From a virus, in IMG/VR virus record IMGVR_UViG_3300037130_000236: a stretch of DNA of 64,000 nucleotides, one strand, 5' to 3'. The translations under genes and the position numbers were made by a program. The notes beneath the pieces are model-generated. The model was not told the origin of the DNA, ran no database searches, and saw nothing but the letters and a program-made list of their open reading frames with translations. This document shows positions 63,683 through 64,000 of the stretch, in pieces (within the stretch, counting starts at the first letter, position 1; every line of letters begins with the position of its first letter).

Positions 63683-64000
63683 TGGCCGTTGACTTTCGAT
63701 GGATGTCTCGGGGCGGCGTGCTGCTCGACAGCACCGGCGATGTGTCGTTCACACAGTCGCCTTGGGAATGCCTGCGCAGCATGGCGAACTCACGCCTCAA
63801 GGCGGCCTTCGACGGCTGGAAGAGCTACCAGATCGGGGCGGACCTGGAGAACGTGATCGGATCGACAGTCGCGGCCGAGTTGGAAACCACGATTCAACGC
63901 CAAGTGGAGTCGTCCATGAGCCAGGATTTCCTGCCTATGGGTTCCTTTACGGTCAGCACATTGAAGGTGGGCAACCAAGCCTACCAGGTCTTCGTTTTCA
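63682..64000 (+). CDS. Baseplate wedge subunit gp25-like (partial, runs off the window)
   Basis: Open frame from ATG 63682: MAVDFRWMSRGGVLLDSTGDV...SRLKAAFDGWKSYQIGADLENVIGS... Confidence 0.65.
   Translation, partial: MAVDFRWMSRGGVLLDSTGDVSFTQSPWECLRSMANSRLKAAFDGWKSYQIGADLENVIGSTVAAELETTIQRQVESSMSQDFLPMGSFTVSTLKVGNQAYQVFVF

Noticed and set aside
1-64000. CRISPR array, tRNA or rRNA genes
   Set aside because: No regularly spaced repeats, cloverleaf with a TTC-containing T-loop, or rRNA-like stretch was seen by eye. The recurring motifs are dispersed, not arrayed.
1-64000. Alternative genetic code (stop-codon reassignment)
   Set aside because: Core genes read as long intact ORFs under the standard code, and TAG, TGA and TAA all end genes.
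1-64000. Diversity-generating retroelement or retron
   Set aside because: No reverse transcriptase motif (YxDD) and no adenine-variable template/variable repeat pair recognised in the window.

Overview
This window is the virion-morphogenesis region of a large, GC-rich myovirus-type (contractile-tail) bacteriophage, probably a jumbo phage. The host cannot be determined from the sequence. The structural operon runs on the + strand: terminase large subunit, portal, prohead protease/scaffold, capsid decoration protein, major capsid protein, lysis cassette (M15 endolysin, holin), neck genes, tail sheath, three tail-tube-fold paralogues, two assembly chaperones, two giant proteins in the tape-measure slot, a baseplate hub with an SLT lysin domain, and a gp25-like wedge gene cut by the window end. 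The main discovery is the 1679-aa protein at 46359-51398, which carries an ordered, near-complete set of two-barrel RNA polymerase motifs (beta'-like EGRATA / FEIGV / RHP / MDADGD, plus weaker beta-like GEG / GMK..GK / VDSVVL) in one chain. It is a candidate virion-packaged RNA polymerase occupying the tape-measure position. Three recurring non-coding motifs (CTTTGGTASWTC, CCTATACTAG and a CYAAC-N-GTYRG dyad) suggest a phage-specific transcription programme. Accessory genes include a PAS-GGDEF diguanylate cyclase, a dual-specificity phosphatase, a metallophosphoesterase, GroES, a J-domain protein, a HicA-like gene, a HEPN gene, a WG-repeat gene and two free-standing homing endonucleases. All protein calls come from motif recognition by eye; no database search was run.
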